Origin: Bythopirellula sp.
Lineage (GTDB): Bacteria > Planctomycetota > Planctomycetia > Pirellulales > Lacipirellulaceae
Reading direction: 5' to 3'
Assembly (NCBI GenBank): GCA_965216565.1
Contig: OZ244170.1
Location: 1,056,001 to 1,120,000, forward strand
DNA length: 64,000 nt
Shown: positions 21,291 to 30,377 of the stretch, piece after piece
How positions within the stretch are numbered: position 1 is the stretch's first letter
How the letters are laid out: the number at the start of each line of letters is the position of its first letter
Notes under the pieces: model-generated
Databases searched by the model: none
The model's input: only the letters and a program-made list of their open reading frames with translations
What the model was told of the DNA's origin: nothing
Position numbers and translations under genes: made by a program

Positions 21291-21550
21291 CGCAGAGTTT
21301 GCACCAGTCTTTAAGTGATGCACAGTTCATTGAGACGCAAGCTCAAAGTCGATTCTGTTATGACCGCCTTCTACTTCTCGGGTAAGCTCCGATTTATTGT
21401 TGTACCTGGCTGGGACTGTCTTGTTGACTGTGCTTGTCTATTCCACGTAATACTTCAGCTTGACTTTGTGGCCACCGACGACCGCACCCATCACACCCCG
21501 GCAGTACTTTAGATCGTATTCGCCTTTTTCGTTTGCAATACTCCTCGACG

Positions 21551-21741
21551 CTCGAAACCTTCAACGGCAAGCTACGAGATGAACTCTTCAACGGCGAACT
21601 GTTCTTGAGCATGGAAGAGGCCCGCTCCGCCATCGACCGTTGGCGGCAAGACTACAACCACCACAGACCCCATAGTTCGTTAGATACTGACCTTCCCCCG
21701 AATTTAGTACCAGCCTAAGTGAGAGAATCGGGGGAAGGTCA
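21551..21741 (+). mobile_element. IS3-family remnant: integrase-core C terminus plus rearranged terminal repeats
   Basis: ETFNGKLRDELFNGELFLSMEEARSAIDRWRQDYNHHRPHSSL, then a 14-bp perfect inverted repeat TGACCTTCCCCCGA...TCGGGGGAAGGTCA (21688-21741). Confidence 0.85.
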
Positions 21742-22261
21742 AAAATAGGGATCACTTAGATACCGTTCGAGCGACTCCCACTCCTCTGCTGCACAACCGG
21801 GCAACGTGTGTCCATAGAAGACTTTGGAGTTCACGATTCCCCCGAGGACAAGTTTGCACTTATTGCGCTACGCCATAATTCCCCAGATCATACTCTGCCC
21901 ACACCTTCAGCAGCCAGTAGTGAATCTACTTGATACATAAACTCAGGCTGCCAAGAGACCCACAATGTTGTCGCAGGAGCAGTACCGCAGTAATAACGTC
22001 TGACTGACGCGGCGACAAATTCAAGGAGCACCTGATGGAGAGACCTTAGCGCCTAGTCTGAGGAATTGTGTCCACAGAGACTTACCCACGAGAGCTGCTA
22101 GGGATCGCTGAGCTAGCTGTATTAGTAAGACTGAAAACGGCATCAAGGTTTTAGCCACGCTCTCGGATGAGAGTGTTTCATGGCTGACATACCTCCATAA
22201 AAACCCCGTGTGGCATCGCCAACACGGGTAAGTAAAGAAAATATATAGAGTACTGCTACAA

Positions 22262-23952
22262 TCAAGTCTTGCGGCTAGGCCACTCCCCTGGAAAACCTAC
22301 CAACGGTTCAAACTGGTACTGCTTGTGTTTGTGGCGCCGCAAGCGACTCCGCCCTGCTGGCACTTCCTTGACGGGAACATACCCGTCAGTCAGGCCTGCT
22401 TTGATCATGCGGCGGTGTAGTTTCTTGGCCCGTTGGACCACCGGCTGGGTAACACCAACCTGCGTGGCGATTTCACGCTCTTTTAGGTAATTCTCGCCTT
22501 GCGATAGCTCCCAGATCAGCTGGCGATATCGTTCCGGTTGCGGTGGATCGAAGAGATCTACGACGAACTCAGCCGAATAGTTTGATCGGACCGGCTTGCA
22601 ATCGGCGAGCTTCTCTCGCAATACGGCGCTTCCACCGCTCTGAGCGAGAGCTTCGGTAAGATTATCTAGCTGACGCTTGGCATCAGTAATCTCCCCACCT
22701 AACTGCCGGTGCCGTTGGTTGCGAGTCGATAGAACCTGCTCAGTTTGGCTCTCGACAGCAGCCGCCAACGCTGCGTCGTAGCCAGGCAACTGACCGATCG
22801 CTGCTGCAATCGCCCCCACCAATTTCTCACCAGCAATGTTGAGATTCAAGCTGACAGAGTTCCAGCATCGGTAGCTAGCCGCACCGCTACACACTAGCGT
22901 ACGTCGATCTTTTTTGCCCTGACAAGTCATGATCCGGCCGCAGACGCCACAGCAGACCTGCTGGGCCGGCCACTGGGTCCGCTTTTTGGGAACGCCTTTG
23001 CGTGGATCAGAAATCCCTTCTTTAGCGCGACGATGGTTTTCATTGCGCACTTTGAGCAGCTCGTTCACTTCGTCAAACAGATCAGGCTCTAGGAATGCCA
23101 AATGCGGGCACTCACGAGTCCGGAGCATTTCAGGCGGTGCTGCCACGGCTCGATACTTGCCCGACTTGTTGACGCGCCTGCTCATCTTGCGATTGCGCTC
23201 GCGGAGACCCTTTAGGAGTGGATTCCGTGTGACCCGGCCTACCATCGTGCCATCCCATTTAGAACCCCTGCATAGTGGACCGACGGGCACTCCCTGCTCA
23301 TTAAGCCAGTCGGCGACTTCCGCAAAGGAAGCACCTCCCTTGAGTTTGTCGAACCACTCGCGATAGATCGGCTCGGCCCCAGGGTCCTTACTCATCGCAT
23401 CGTCAGTCTTACTACCAGGTTCTTTACGGTACCCGTAGATGAGGTGCTGGCACATGCCGCCCTGATCGAACAGGTTTTGGTGGCTCCGCTGGATACGCTT
23501 TGAAGTATCAGCGTTGTACAGCTCATGACGCATAAAACTAAATCCTGCCGACATTTGCCAATTGGCTCTTCCGGTATCGACGTCTCCATGGACGGCAATC
23601 ACTCGAGTATCATGGTCCCGGCTAGCTCACAGAAACTTTGGGCATGGTAACGCCGGGAGATACGGCTGAGATCTTCACAGAGGACGAGATCGATGTCGCC
23701 GTTTTCGACTGCCAGTTCGGCTTCGTGCAATTCCTGCCGCTCAACGTCCTCTCCGCTGCCCGTGCCGGCGATCACCTGCACTTCGACAGGACCCGACCAA
23801 ATCTGCTGTAGATAGGCTCGCAAGCGAGCTTCTTGGTCAGCGTTCGAATCTTCTCGTTGTTTACCCTCGCCAGGACTACTGACGCGGCAAATCATTAGTA
23901 CGTTGAGAATGTTGCCATTCTTCGGCGAAAGAGGGGGATCGATAAAAGACAT
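22262..23952 (-). pseudogene. Large serine recombinase, frameshifted
   Basis: Catalytic CRVSS and EDLSRISR in ORF 23599-23952 (RBS AAGGAG upstream). Recombinase domain, zinc ribbon (CGVCG...C...C) and coiled coil in ORF 22262-23602. A 1-nt frameshift near 23617-23619 joins them. Confidence 0.85.
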
Positions 23953-24171
23953 ACTGCATCTCCTTTTGCGGAGATGCCGAGCCAAAACCTGATTGGCACA
24001 GTGTGCCAATCAGGGTGATAGTTCCTGAGACCTCGTGATAACTGTTGAATACAGCTGATACACCGCAACTTATTACAGTTAAATGACTTTGCAACGCAAA
24101 GTGCCATCTTGCAATGCGTTACGATGAGCCGCGCCGCGATCCCGCGGATCGCCGGGGCGACATCGAGAAGA

Positions 24172-24209
24172 CCCCATCTCCTAACCCCTTTCCCGAAGAC
24201 GGGGAGGGA
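24172..24209. repeat. Degenerate solo copy of the CCCTCACCCC..CCCTCTCCC...GGGAGAGG palindrome family
   Basis: CCCCATCTCCTAACCCCTTTCCCGAAGACGGGGAGGGA resembles the repeats flanking the DUF559 gene. Confidence 0.6.
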
Positions 24210-24222
24210 GACATGGTATTCT

Positions 24223-25035
24223 TCACACCAACGACGCCAACACTTCCTCCACCACATAGGGTTTGCCAAATACAGCAGAGGCTCCAGCGGCGTGAGCCTG
24301 ATCAACATGCTCCTGGCGAGGAAAGTCGAGCAACAGGGTCACTTTACCCTCGACCTGCGTGCAGAATACATTCAACTCTTCGAGTTGCCTCGCGTCGAGT
24401 TGGGCTCCGTCGAAGATCCCCGCTCTAGCCCGGGCACTTTCGGTGCGGTTCGCCCAAATCGGCAACGCACCGGCGAGTTGTAAACTCTCGGCTAAGGTCT
24501 CAAACACAGAATAGTCCTCGGCGTGGATCGCCACCGTTTGAGTGAGCTCCGTCGATACTGAGTCAGAACAAAAACGCCCCGCCTGCAAGTGATCGAGAGG
24601 TAATGACCAACTAGGAAATTTTCCAGCGGAGAGACGATCCTGCGCAGCGTGCCACCAGCTAGCCAATTCGTACCAATAGAGACGCAACACACCGGTCGGT
24701 GGTGAGTCTGTCCTCAGCCCACCCTCGCACCAGGACCCGACCACTACCAAGATGCGTGCTAGCGGGGCTAACTGCTGTAGCTGGTCGACATCGTTTTGTC
24801 GTACTAGCCCCGGCAAGGGTTGCGCGATGAGTATCAGCTCCGGTGCTACGTCAGATTGCGCCAGGGCACGGCATGCCTCGGGCACGGACTCAACGTGTGG
24901 AAAGTCGTGCCACGGTTCAATCGATCTGACGGCCAACTGGAACTCGCTCTGACGCCATGGGCCGACGATCAGAGCGTCAATCAATCGATCGTCGATTTCT
25001 AGAGAAGAATCGGTGGTGGTCGCCAGCTTGGTCAT
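24223..25035 (-). CDS. Hypothetical protein with two degenerate receiver-like domains
   Basis: Long ORF; PELILIAQ and C-terminal LLLDFPR...AGASAVFGKPY resemble receiver folds. Confidence 0.65.
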   Translation of the reverse strand: MTKLATTTDSSLEIDDRLIDALIVGPWRQSEFQLAVRSIEPWHDFPHVESVPEACRALAQSDVAPELILIAQPLPGLVRQNDVDQLQQLAPLARILVVVGSWCEGGLRTDSPPTGVLRLYWYELASWWHAAQDRLSAGKFPSWSLPLDHLQAGRFCSDSVSTELTQTVAIHAEDYSVFETLAESLQLAGALPIWANRTESARARAGIFDGAQLDARQLEELNVFCTQVEGKVTLLLDFPRQEHVDQAHAAGASAVFGKPYVVEEVLASLV

Positions 25036-25124
25036 AGAAATAAGGGTCAATTCTTAAAGCGGTGGTGCTATCAGTTGGAATGTGTCCGGGCGTTCAGAAT
25101 GGATTTCTCACACGCGAAGCGTAG

Positions 25125-25184
25125 TGTCATTCCGAGGTCCGCCGAGGAACCTGGCTAGATCCCTCGGCGGACCTCGGGATGACA
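25125..25184. repeat. REP/MITE-like palindrome (TGTCATTCCG...CGGGATGACA family)
   Basis: TGTCATTCCGAGGTCCGCCGAGG pairs with CCTCGGCGGACCTCGGGATGACA. Confidence 0.8.
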
Positions 25185-25292
25185 GTTCCTGCCGTAGCTG
25201 AACTACTGGCCCGAATACCGGGGCGCCTATCAAACTCCAAATAGAATTGTCGCTTAACGAAGCCAAAACTGTCTAGACAAATCCTAGATTAA

Positions 25293-25372
25293 GTGAGCCG
25301 CACGCGCTAGCGTCGGGTAGCACGTGAGCAAGCCCAGAGATCGTGACACCCGAGGCTAGCGGCTACGGTTCA
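25293..25372. repeat. REP-like inverted doublet (GTGAGCCG...GCTAGC family)
   Basis: TGAGCCGCACGCGCTAGCGTCGGGT and ACCCGAGGCTAGCGGCTACGGTTCA are imperfect inverted copies. Confidence 0.65.
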
Positions 25373-25478
25373 ATGTTTTGGCTGCTATAGGTTCTGACTG
25401 CATAGGTCGAAGTTGCTATTGAATAATCTCAAACATTGAGTGCCAGCATTCACCTCAAGAATCTCTCGACAATTCGCC

Positions 25479-25658
25479 TTGACAGTATTTGGCCCAACCC
25501 GCACAATCCGCGTCGCTCAAGAGGAACCTACCCAGAGGCTCCTTAGAAACCGAGCAGAAGTGCCAAGCGGATAAGGATATCCGTGGCAGAATGATCGGGA
25601 CGACCTTCACCCCCAAGGGAAACGGTTGGCTCGAAAACCCCGGGCAAGGAGGCCTGGT
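25479..25658 (+). promoter_or_regulatory. Sigma70-like promoter and GGA-hairpin (CsrA-type) leader of the mur-like operon
   Basis: TTGACA-N17-CACAAT (25479-25507); hairpins CGGATA-AGGA-TATCCG (25568-25583) and CCGGGC-AAGGAG-GCCTGG (25640-25657, over the RBS). Confidence 0.6.
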
Positions 25659-27134
25659 ATGTCATTCTCAACAGACACTCAGCGCGCAGGCGTTGAGCTC
25701 GACGAACTTTTCAATGAAGCCACGCGAACCGGCGCCGGCGGTATATTCGCCACGTCCTGCGTGAGCGATTGGCGACAAGTCCAGCCGGGCGATGTATACG
25801 TTGCCCTTCCCGAAGGCTGTGGACTTGACGATGCCGAAGACGGACATCAGCACGCGGTGCGTGCGGTTTCCTGCGGTGCGATTGCCGTCGTATGCGAGCA
25901 ACCAGTCGCTGTGTTCGATGTGCCCACCTATCTGGTTTCCGATAGCCGAATTGCACTTGGTCAACTTTGTCAGGCACTCGTCGAATACCCCACAAAGACA
26001 CTACCAACTATCGGTGTGACAGGAACTCACGGCAAATCGACCATCATTGCTTTGGTCGATGCCATTTTCTCTGCGGCCGGTCACGAGTGCGGAGTGCTGA
26101 GTAGCCTCACCGGTTACGATGGCATGTCGCATTGCCCCGGGATCAGTGATATTCCCTCGGCCCCCACTTGGGCTTCTCGTTTGGCCAACATGGCATCTGC
26201 CCCTTGCAGTCATGCCGTGGTCGAACTTTCGAGTCGCTCGCTTAGCCAACACACGGTTGCCGGCATCGAGCTCGATGCTGTTTGCGTTAGCAACGTCACC
26301 GCAGCTCATCTCGATCGACACAACTCCGTCCAAAGCTACCGAGAGATTAAAAAGAGGGTCCTCGATCTCCTCTCGCCAACCGGCGTTGCGATTTTGAATG
26401 CGGACGATTCCGTTTGCATGCAATGGATCTATCAGGTGCCAGGTCCCGTCTTGACCTACGGACTGGGCGATCAAGCGGAGGTTCGCGGCCGAATCCTCGA
26501 AACCTTCTCGAATGAACAAACTTTCATGCTCTCTGCAGGCAGCGAATCGGTTGCCGTTTGCACTTCGATCGTTGGCGAGCACCACGTCTCCAATTGTCTG
26601 GCAGCGGCGACGGTGGCACTCAGCTATGGCATAGATCTGCAGACGATTGCTAAGGGATTGGAAGCCGTTACAGAGCTACCGGGGCGTATGCAACGCGTCG
26701 ATTGTGGCCAGGGCTTTCCCGTCTACGTTGATGCAGCCGAGTCTCCCGAGGCGCTTAGCACCGCGTTGCGAACTGCTCGCAAGGTCACCAATGATCGTGT
26801 GATCTGTGTGTTTGGCGATTGCCGCAATGATTCGGCCAGTCAGCAATACACGATGAACCAAATAGTGCAGCGGATGGCTGATCTGGTGATCGCCACCAAT
26901 CCACTCGAAGAATCAATCGGCGAAGACGGAGCCATCGTCGAAGTGGCTCCCGATCGGAGTGCCGCGATTGCTTGGGCCGTAGCCATGGCGGAACCAGGCG
27001 ATGTCGTGGTAATCGTCGGATCGCAAACGAGCCCCAGCCGCACTTTCGGCCAGGCGAATACTCCTGGCGACGTTGAAATTACCCGCGAATTGTTACACCA
27101 GCGAAACCGCCAGACGTTTGGCGTGGTTGCTTAA
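25659..27134 (+). CDS. Divergent MurE-like Mur ligase
   Basis: DWRQVQPGDVYVAL, GVTGTHGKST, ELSS, NVTAAHLDRH, LNADD, PGRMQ. The canonical DYAH appears as DAAE and DNPR as TNPL. Confidence 0.85.
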   Translation: MSFSTDTQRAGVELDELFNEATRTGAGGIFATSCVSDWRQVQPGDVYVALPEGCGLDDAEDGHQHAVRAVSCGAIAVVCEQPVAVFDVPTYLVSDSRIALGQLCQALVEYPTKTLPTIGVTGTHGKSTIIALVDAIFSAAGHECGVLSSLTGYDGMSHCPGISDIPSAPTWASRLANMASAPCSHAVVELSSRSLSQHTVAGIELDAVCVSNVTAAHLDRHNSVQSYREIKKRVLDLLSPTGVAILNADDSVCMQWIYQVPGPVLTYGLGDQAEVRGRILETFSNEQTFMLSAGSESVAVCTSIVGEHHVSNCLAAATVALSYGIDLQTIAKGLEAVTELPGRMQRVDCGQGFPVYVDAAESPEALSTALRTARKVTNDRVICVFGDCRNDSASQQYTMNQIVQRMADLVIATNPLEESIGEDGAIVEVAPDRSAAIAWAVAMAEPGDVVVIVGSQTSPSRTFGQANTPGDVEITRELLHQRNRQTFGVVA

Positions 27135-27136
27135 TT

Positions 27137-27664
27137 GTGAATGAGGTCAAGATGGACTGGTCCGATACCGTGTTGTTCGAACCCAAGCTCTACGTAGGCG
27201 AAAACACTTCGCAAGATGAGGTTCGAGAGTTTCATGTGCGGGGTGTGACTCTGCTGCAGGGAAACTTAGGAACTTACGACGATACCGACTTCGCAATCAA
27301 CACCATGCGAGGGCATCACGCCAGTGGACGTCGAATAGTGCTGTGCAATACATCGGGAATTGTTGAAGACTACAGTAGCGTCGAGCGTCAGCTCGGGCAC
27401 GCCCTCGTCCAGGAGGGAGCCGCTGAGTTGCTGATTAGCTGTGGTAAGAATGGTCGCGAAGTTGCCATCGGGGCTCGCGACCAAGGTTTACATTTAGCCA
27501 ACGTGATTGTGTGCTCCGATATGCCTTCGGGTTGCGAAGTACTGACCAATCAGTTGCAAATGGGAGATACTGTTTTACTGCTAGGCGTCGACGATGCGGT
27601 CCGCGCTCGGTTGGTACTCTCGTTGGAAAAGCGCCTGGCGATTCAAGCCCGGGCAGCTGCCTAA
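27137..27664 (+). CDS. Stand-alone MurF-like C-terminal domain
   Basis: GRRIVLC, ELLISCG..GREVAIGA, QMGDTVLLLG resemble the MurF C-terminal domain; no P-loop domain. Confidence 0.65.
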   Translation: MNEVKMDWSDTVLFEPKLYVGENTSQDEVREFHVRGVTLLQGNLGTYDDTDFAINTMRGHHASGRRIVLCNTSGIVEDYSSVERQLGHALVQEGAAELLISCGKNGREVAIGARDQGLHLANVIVCSDMPSGCEVLTNQLQMGDTVLLLGVDDAVRARLVLSLEKRLAIQARAAA

Positions 27665-27930
27665 AGCATGTTTCAATTGATGGACCATTAACAATAAAGA
27701 GAAAGCTTTGTCGTAGGTCGTGTTGGATTGCGGGGTCTGACTGACCGCCCTCCCTGGGGTAGGAGCACAATAGCTCGTCAGGGGCAGTTTCTGGGTCAAC
27801 TGCTCGGACGAGTGCTTCACGATGAAGCTTATGTCTGGGCGCCGAGGCGGCGTTTACCGTCGCCTCGGCTGCTCAGCGGATACAACGCAACCAACCGAGT
27901 TGCAACACATTCCCGACGAGAACGATCCCG

Positions 27931-29109
27931 ATGTCTGGTGCTCCCCATGTACTCTTCGCCGGTGGTGGAGACCCAAGCCACGTCAATCCGGGGCTCTCCG
28001 TTGCCAGGCAGCTTAGTCGACGCTTGCCCGAAGCGGCAATTACCTTCTCAGGCCCGAACGCTTCGCCACATCGGCATCGAATCCGTACTGCCGGTTTCCA
28101 GTATCTAGGAATTCCCTCGCGTCCTGCCCCCAATAACCCAGCGCAGGCGCTGCGATATGTTACAGACAATTTTGCCGGTTATTGTGCGGCAAAGTGGAAG
28201 TTGCGCGAGGAAAATGTCTCGCTCGTTGTTGGGCTCGGTGGCTACGACAGCAGTCCCATGGTTAAAGCGGCAATCTGCCGGGGGACGCCAGTTATTCTGC
28301 TAGAACAGAACCTGATGCCGGGCAAGATCTCGCAATCGCACAGCCACAAAGCGGCATTGATTTGTACCGCGTTCGAACAAACCAAACCCCATCTGAGTGT
28401 TCTCTCCCGACCGCTCTGCTCGGGATATCCAATCAGCCCTCATTTCGAAGAGCTATATCGCGTCAGACAAAGTTACGAGCGTTCGACTGTCTCGAAGCCG
28501 ACTGTCTCGAAGAACGTCGACGACCGACCCAAGAAAAAGCAATTAGTTGTTCTGGGCGGTGTGGGCGGATCGAAGGCGTTAAACAAAGTTGTACCCGGCG
28601 CATTGCGACAACTGGGTTCAGTGGTCGACGAATGGCAAATCATTCATCAGACGGGTGATAGACAACTCCAGGAGACAGAACGAAAATACCAAAAGGCCAA
28701 ACTCGACGTCCTGGCTGTCACCACAATCGATGAATTGGCATCGATCGTTTTTGATAGCGATTTGGTTATCTGCCGAGCGGGGGGGAATACTCTCGCAGAG
28801 TTGGCATTGGCAGAAGTTCCAGCGTTACTCGTGCCCCTTGCGGAGGGCGATAACGGTGTGCAAATGGCAAACGCCAAGTCGTTCCGCGCGGCAGGCGCCT
28901 GCCGGCTTGTTGAGGAAGTTAGCCAAATCTCAGCACTGCAGTCAGCCATGACCCGAGAACTCAGGCAACTGATGACCGACGTCACGTTGCGAAGCGAAAT
29001 GCGGCGAAAAATTGCCACCTTCTCTCGGCCCCGTGCCTCTTCTGATATTGCCGAAGCGATCTGTGATACGCTCTATGGCAAAACTGCACCTACGCGGATC
29101 GCTGCTTAG
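27931..29109 (+). CDS. Divergent MurG-like GT28 glycosyltransferase
   Basis: FAGGGDPSHVNP, GLGGYDSSP, LEQNLMPG, LGGVGGS, HQTG, CRAGGNTLAEL, QMANA. Confidence 0.85.
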   Translation: MSGAPHVLFAGGGDPSHVNPGLSVARQLSRRLPEAAITFSGPNASPHRHRIRTAGFQYLGIPSRPAPNNPAQALRYVTDNFAGYCAAKWKLREENVSLVVGLGGYDSSPMVKAAICRGTPVILLEQNLMPGKISQSHSHKAALICTAFEQTKPHLSVLSRPLCSGYPISPHFEELYRVRQSYERSTVSKPTVSKNVDDRPKKKQLVVLGGVGGSKALNKVVPGALRQLGSVVDEWQIIHQTGDRQLQETERKYQKAKLDVLAVTTIDELASIVFDSDLVICRAGGNTLAELALAEVPALLVPLAEGDNGVQMANAKSFRAAGACRLVEEVSQISALQSAMTRELRQLMTDVTLRSEMRRKIATFSRPRASSDIAEAICDTLYGKTAPTRIAA

Positions 29110-29127
29110 CAATACCACTGTATTGAG

Positions 29128-29322
29128 TGAAATGGGGACTGGCTCGCGATTGCGATTTCTCGCATTGAAATTGCTAACGTGTAGCCGCAATCGTGTGCCT
29201 GTACCCATTTCAAGCGGGGTCTACAAATGGGCCGTCGAAAAAAAGGGACAGGCACGTCGACGCCACGGGCGAAGAGGGTTCAAACGGGCAATTTGCATCG
29301 AGCCAGTCCCTGTTTTTCGACT
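29128..29322. repeat. Two adjacent GGGACTGGCTC/GGGACAGGCAC-type inverted-repeat elements
   Basis: 29128-29212 and 29234-29321 each have inverted ends; 29298-29322 is the exact reverse complement of 40438-40462. Confidence 0.8.
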
Positions 29323-29342
29323 TGCGAAATAGCGCTGCAGTA

Positions 29343-30362
29343 CTAATACGCGTCGACTTTCGCTTTCCCGCGAAACGTCCAGTAGACGATTCCTGTGTAA
29401 GTCGCCACCAGCGGCATGCCGATCAGAGCGAAGATGAACATGATGCCAAGTGTGGTATCGCTCGAGGATCCGTTGTAAATCGTGATGCTGTCCACGCCGT
29501 CCGTAGCGGCGTTGCTCGCAGTTACCAGGTTGGGAAAAATCGCAAACCCCACCAGCATTACCTGGCAGGCGATGGTCAGACAGCTAGAGAGAAACGCCCA
29601 ACCAAACTTCTTATAGAACACACACCGGGGGATGTTGGCGATCGCCAGGACATTGACGATCACAAATCCCGCGATCCACGGTGCGTGTTCCAAGTTGGGC
29701 CGTGCTTGGGGCACCATCACCAGCGTCGCCGTGGTCGTGAGATTGAAGAAAACCAGGAATGCTCCCCAAGTGTGCCAAATCCAGCGACCAATGCGGGCTT
29801 GCAATACTCCCTCGGTCTTCAGATGGAGATAGAGTGCGCCGTGCATGGCGAACATCACGACTGTCATCACGCCGACGAGTATGGGATAGGGTTTGAGTAG
29901 TTCTGTGAATCGACCCGCGAACTCGCCTCGCTCGTTGAGCTCGATCCCCGCCAGTCCGTTGCCCACTAGCAAACCAAATAGGAACGACGCCACCAGGCTC
30001 GATCCGAAAAACGCATAGTCCCAACAGGTTCGCCACACGACCGAGGGATTCTTACTGCGGAACTCCAAGCTTACGCCGCGAAAGATGAGGCAGAACAACA
30101 GCAACATAAAGGCATTGTAGAAGCCCTCGAAAATTGTTGCGTAGGCTTCGGGAAATCCCGCCAGCAACGCCCCGCCGAACGTGACAAGCCATACTTCGTT
30201 CCCGTCCCAAATGGGGCCGATGGAACTGATGGCCAAACGCCGCTCGGTATCAGTTCGGGCCAGGGGGTGCAGAATTCCCACGCCCAGGTCGAAACCATCC
30301 AAAATGGCATAGCCAGCCAGCAGCACTCCCAATAGAACAAACCAAACGAGATTTAAATCCAT
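29343..30362 (-). CDS. cydB: Cytochrome bd ubiquinol oxidase subunit II
   Basis: YAILDGFDLGVG, IGPIWDGNEVWL, FRGVSLEFR, YWTFRGK. Confidence 0.97.
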   Translation of the reverse strand: MDLNLVWFVLLGVLLAGYAILDGFDLGVGILHPLARTDTERRLAISSIGPIWDGNEVWLVTFGGALLAGFPEAYATIFEGFYNAFMLLLFCLIFRGVSLEFRSKNPSVVWRTCWDYAFFGSSLVASFLFGLLVGNGLAGIELNERGEFAGRFTELLKPYPILVGVMTVVMFAMHGALYLHLKTEGVLQARIGRWIWHTWGAFLVFFNLTTTATLVMVPQARPNLEHAPWIAGFVIVNVLAIANIPRCVFYKKFGWAFLSSCLTIACQVMLVGFAIFPNLVTASNAATDGVDSITIYNGSSSDTTLGIMFIFALIGMPLVATYTGIVYWTFRGKAKVDAY

Positions 30363-30377
30363 AACCGCAGTTCTCTC

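Noticed and set aside
22150..22232. GGAGG plus a short minus-strand ORF (MSAMKHSHPRAWLKP) and a hairpin downstream of the recombinase
   Set aside because: Too short to support; may be a remnant of the element's next gene.
23599..23620. Programmed frameshift in the recombinase
   Set aside because: No slippery heptamer at the junction; a 1-bp deletion or sequencing error is simpler.
29193..29900. 235-aa + strand ORF; similar antisense ORFs at 44472-45422 and 54952-55632
   Set aside because: Antisense shadows of cydB, the ALDH/isomerase genes and pcrA.
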